A DNA stretch of 64,000 nucleotides, taken from assembly GCF_009914755.1 (NCBI RefSeq), contig NC_060929.1; one strand, 5' to 3'. This DNA is from the human T2T-CHM13v2.0 reference genome, Homo sapiens. The position numbers and the translations under genes were made by a program. A model generated the notes under the pieces. The model ran no database searches and was not told where the DNA came from. It worked only from the letters and a program-made list of their open reading frames with translations. Of the stretch, positions 59,015 to 64,000 are shown piece by piece. The first letter of the stretch is position 1. Each line of letters begins with the position of its first letter.

Positions 59015-59240
59015 GATATATATATATCTTACATATATATGTAAGATATATATATGTAAGATATATATATCATATATATGTAAGATATATATATGTAAGA
59101 TATATATATCATATATATGTAAGATATATATATGTAAGATATATATATCATATATATGTAAGATATATATATGTAAGATATATATATCATATATATGATA
59201 TATATATCTTATATATATAATGAATATATATATTCATTAA
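59015..59240. repeat. AT-rich minisatellite: four perfect 39-bp units catatatatgtaagatatatatatgtaagatatatatat (59032-59187) with palindromic flanks
   Basis: Unit starts at 59032, 59071, 59110 and 59149. Confidence 0.93.
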
Positions 59241-59526
59241 TTATAAACTCATAGAAAGGCCACAGTGCTCTCTTCTCACAGAATTGTGAAAATCATGACT
59301 ACTTCATGTTTCTCCTGCTAAAAGTTCATAATATCAACAATAAGACATTATAGCATAGTATATATTAAGTACTATAATAAAACATTGAAGATCTGATAAA
59401 CATAGAGATTGAGAGGCATTTTTTCCTTCGACTCTGGGATTATGAATTCAATGGTTTGACACAGAGAATACAAATGCAAGACCCTTTGGTGCGGGGTGGG
59501 GGTGGTTTTAAAATGTATTGGTTATT

Positions 59527-60002
59527 GATTTCGGAACTTCTAGTTCCAAAATGATAACACAGACACAATCTAGGTTCACTCCTCTCCACAGAAAACCAAA
59601 ACAAATATAAGGTGCCAAGATTATCACCAGCAACATCGCAGAACTCAAACATGAGGATGATTCCATTTCCAGGGTCACAGAGAAGTGAAAAACTCTGAGG
59701 AGATGGTAAAAGAATCAAATGTCCATATCTGCTACACCCCCCACCCACTGTGGCCCAACTCATGGTTTCTACACTGGAAAAAGTGAGATGGAGGTAAACA
59801 ACCAGCTTCCCCACCATCCTGGGTTCCCTGGCAGGAGGCCTGCCCATGCTTTAACCCATGGGAAGCAACACGAGTACCCAAAGGGCAACACATCCCTGAG
59901 AACAGCCAGAGACAAAGAGGGGAGGTGGGACTACCATCCCCAGCCCTGGAACCTCTGCTTTGTAACTCAGCCAGGGACACCAAATCAGCATGGCTGTTCA
60001 GT
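59527..60002 (+). mobile_element. Isolated old L1M 5'UTR (476 bp), tailless, with 17-bp TSD
   Basis: Colinear with the reverse complement of ~22005-22490; TSD aaaatgtattggttatt at 59510-59526 and 60003-60019. Confidence 0.85.
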
Positions 60003-61043
60003 AAAATGTATTGGTTATTATTTTCACTCAATAAAATAATCAACAAATTAGTACCTATTACTAATAAAATTTTAAAGTGATCCAACATGCTCTCAGTGTG
60101 GACATTAACAGGTGAAATCTAAAGAGGTGGCATGAATTAATGACTGGCTATGGAAAAGTTCATTCAAGTCTCATTATTCTGAGGCATGGGTTGTAATTTT
60201 CCTCTATGATAGACGCGCCAAATAAATGCATAATTGCAAAGAGTAATAGAATGTGGACACACTCACTGATTTATTCACATAACAGCTTTTCCTTAGCTTT
60301 GTCAGAAATTCATTTAAGTGTCTGAAGAACCCAGTGAGATTGGTTTCCTAGCACATATAACTTTGTTCCTGGCACAGAATTTCTATAATATTTTATAAGT
60401 CTGCCAATTGCATAAGTATATTTAAAACCTTGAATGAGCTCTCTCTTTGCCAACTACCAGTTTTGAAGGAAATTCTTATATGTAAGGGGAAAAGGGACGT
60501 AAGATTTAGAGGAATTAGTTAAGATTATTAACTCCATTTGAGTATTAAATCACATGTAATATTGTGAAAGCTCAGATAATAAGTGCTAAAAGTTTAGACT
60601 CTGCAATAAATTGCTCTATTTGTCTAAGTAGAAATGTGTTATTGAACAGGATCCGGTCACTGTCCCTTAATGGTTGTGCTACTGACATCTGAGGCAGGAC
60701 ACTTCACTGCAGGACTGGCCTGAGCACTGCAGATGCCTGTTCACTAAATGGAAACTTCACCCTCAAGTCACTGTGACAACCAAACCACTTCTGCTCTCCG
60801 TCTCATGTGTACTATGAATCTATGCACTCTGATGCACTACTGCTATGTGGATTATGTGGGTACTCTGGCCATGGGCTTCACTCTTTCCAGCTCTTTGCAG
60901 ATGTATCCATGCCATGGGGAGAACATGAAAGGCTTTCATTAGCACTGACAACATCCTGAAAACTGGCAGAATTACAAAACCATCAGCTTTCCTAGTAAAA
61001 AGAGCTCTCAACATCAAGTGGTCCAAGCTCTCCTATGTATTTC

Positions 61044-64000
<2,957 letters not shown>

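Noticed and set aside
59032-59187. Regularly spaced repeats resembling a CRISPR array
   Set aside because: The units are identical tandem copies with no unique spacers, in a eukaryotic context with no cas genes.

Overview
Primate (almost certainly human) genomic DNA from inside the arylsulfatase B gene ARSB, which is transcribed on the minus strand. The only real coding sequence is one 244-bp internal exon (7368-7611, matching ARSB exon 5, c.899-1142), and it carries the Met358 allele. Positions 1-7367 are the downstream intron and 7612-64000 the long upstream intron. The rest is mostly transposable-element sequence: about 20 Alu/FLAM copies, old L1M/L2/MIR fragments, a 3-kb L1PA at the right edge, solo LTRs (HERV-K LTR5, THE1, MST/MLT, MER39-like) and DNA-transposon relics (MADE1, Tigger4, MER5, MER33). 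Nearly all ORFs in the track are repeat-derived or chance. I see no new gene system. The most interesting signals are: (i) two copies of the same old L1 5' end that are 3'-truncated and tailless yet flanked by target-site duplications; (ii) a latent 125-nt pseudoexon one base change away from activation; (iii) an unexplained ~83-nt near-perfect hairpin; (iv) a weak exon-5 donor with an open read-through frame. Repeat subfamily names come from remembered consensus sequences and need RepeatMasker/Dfam confirmation.
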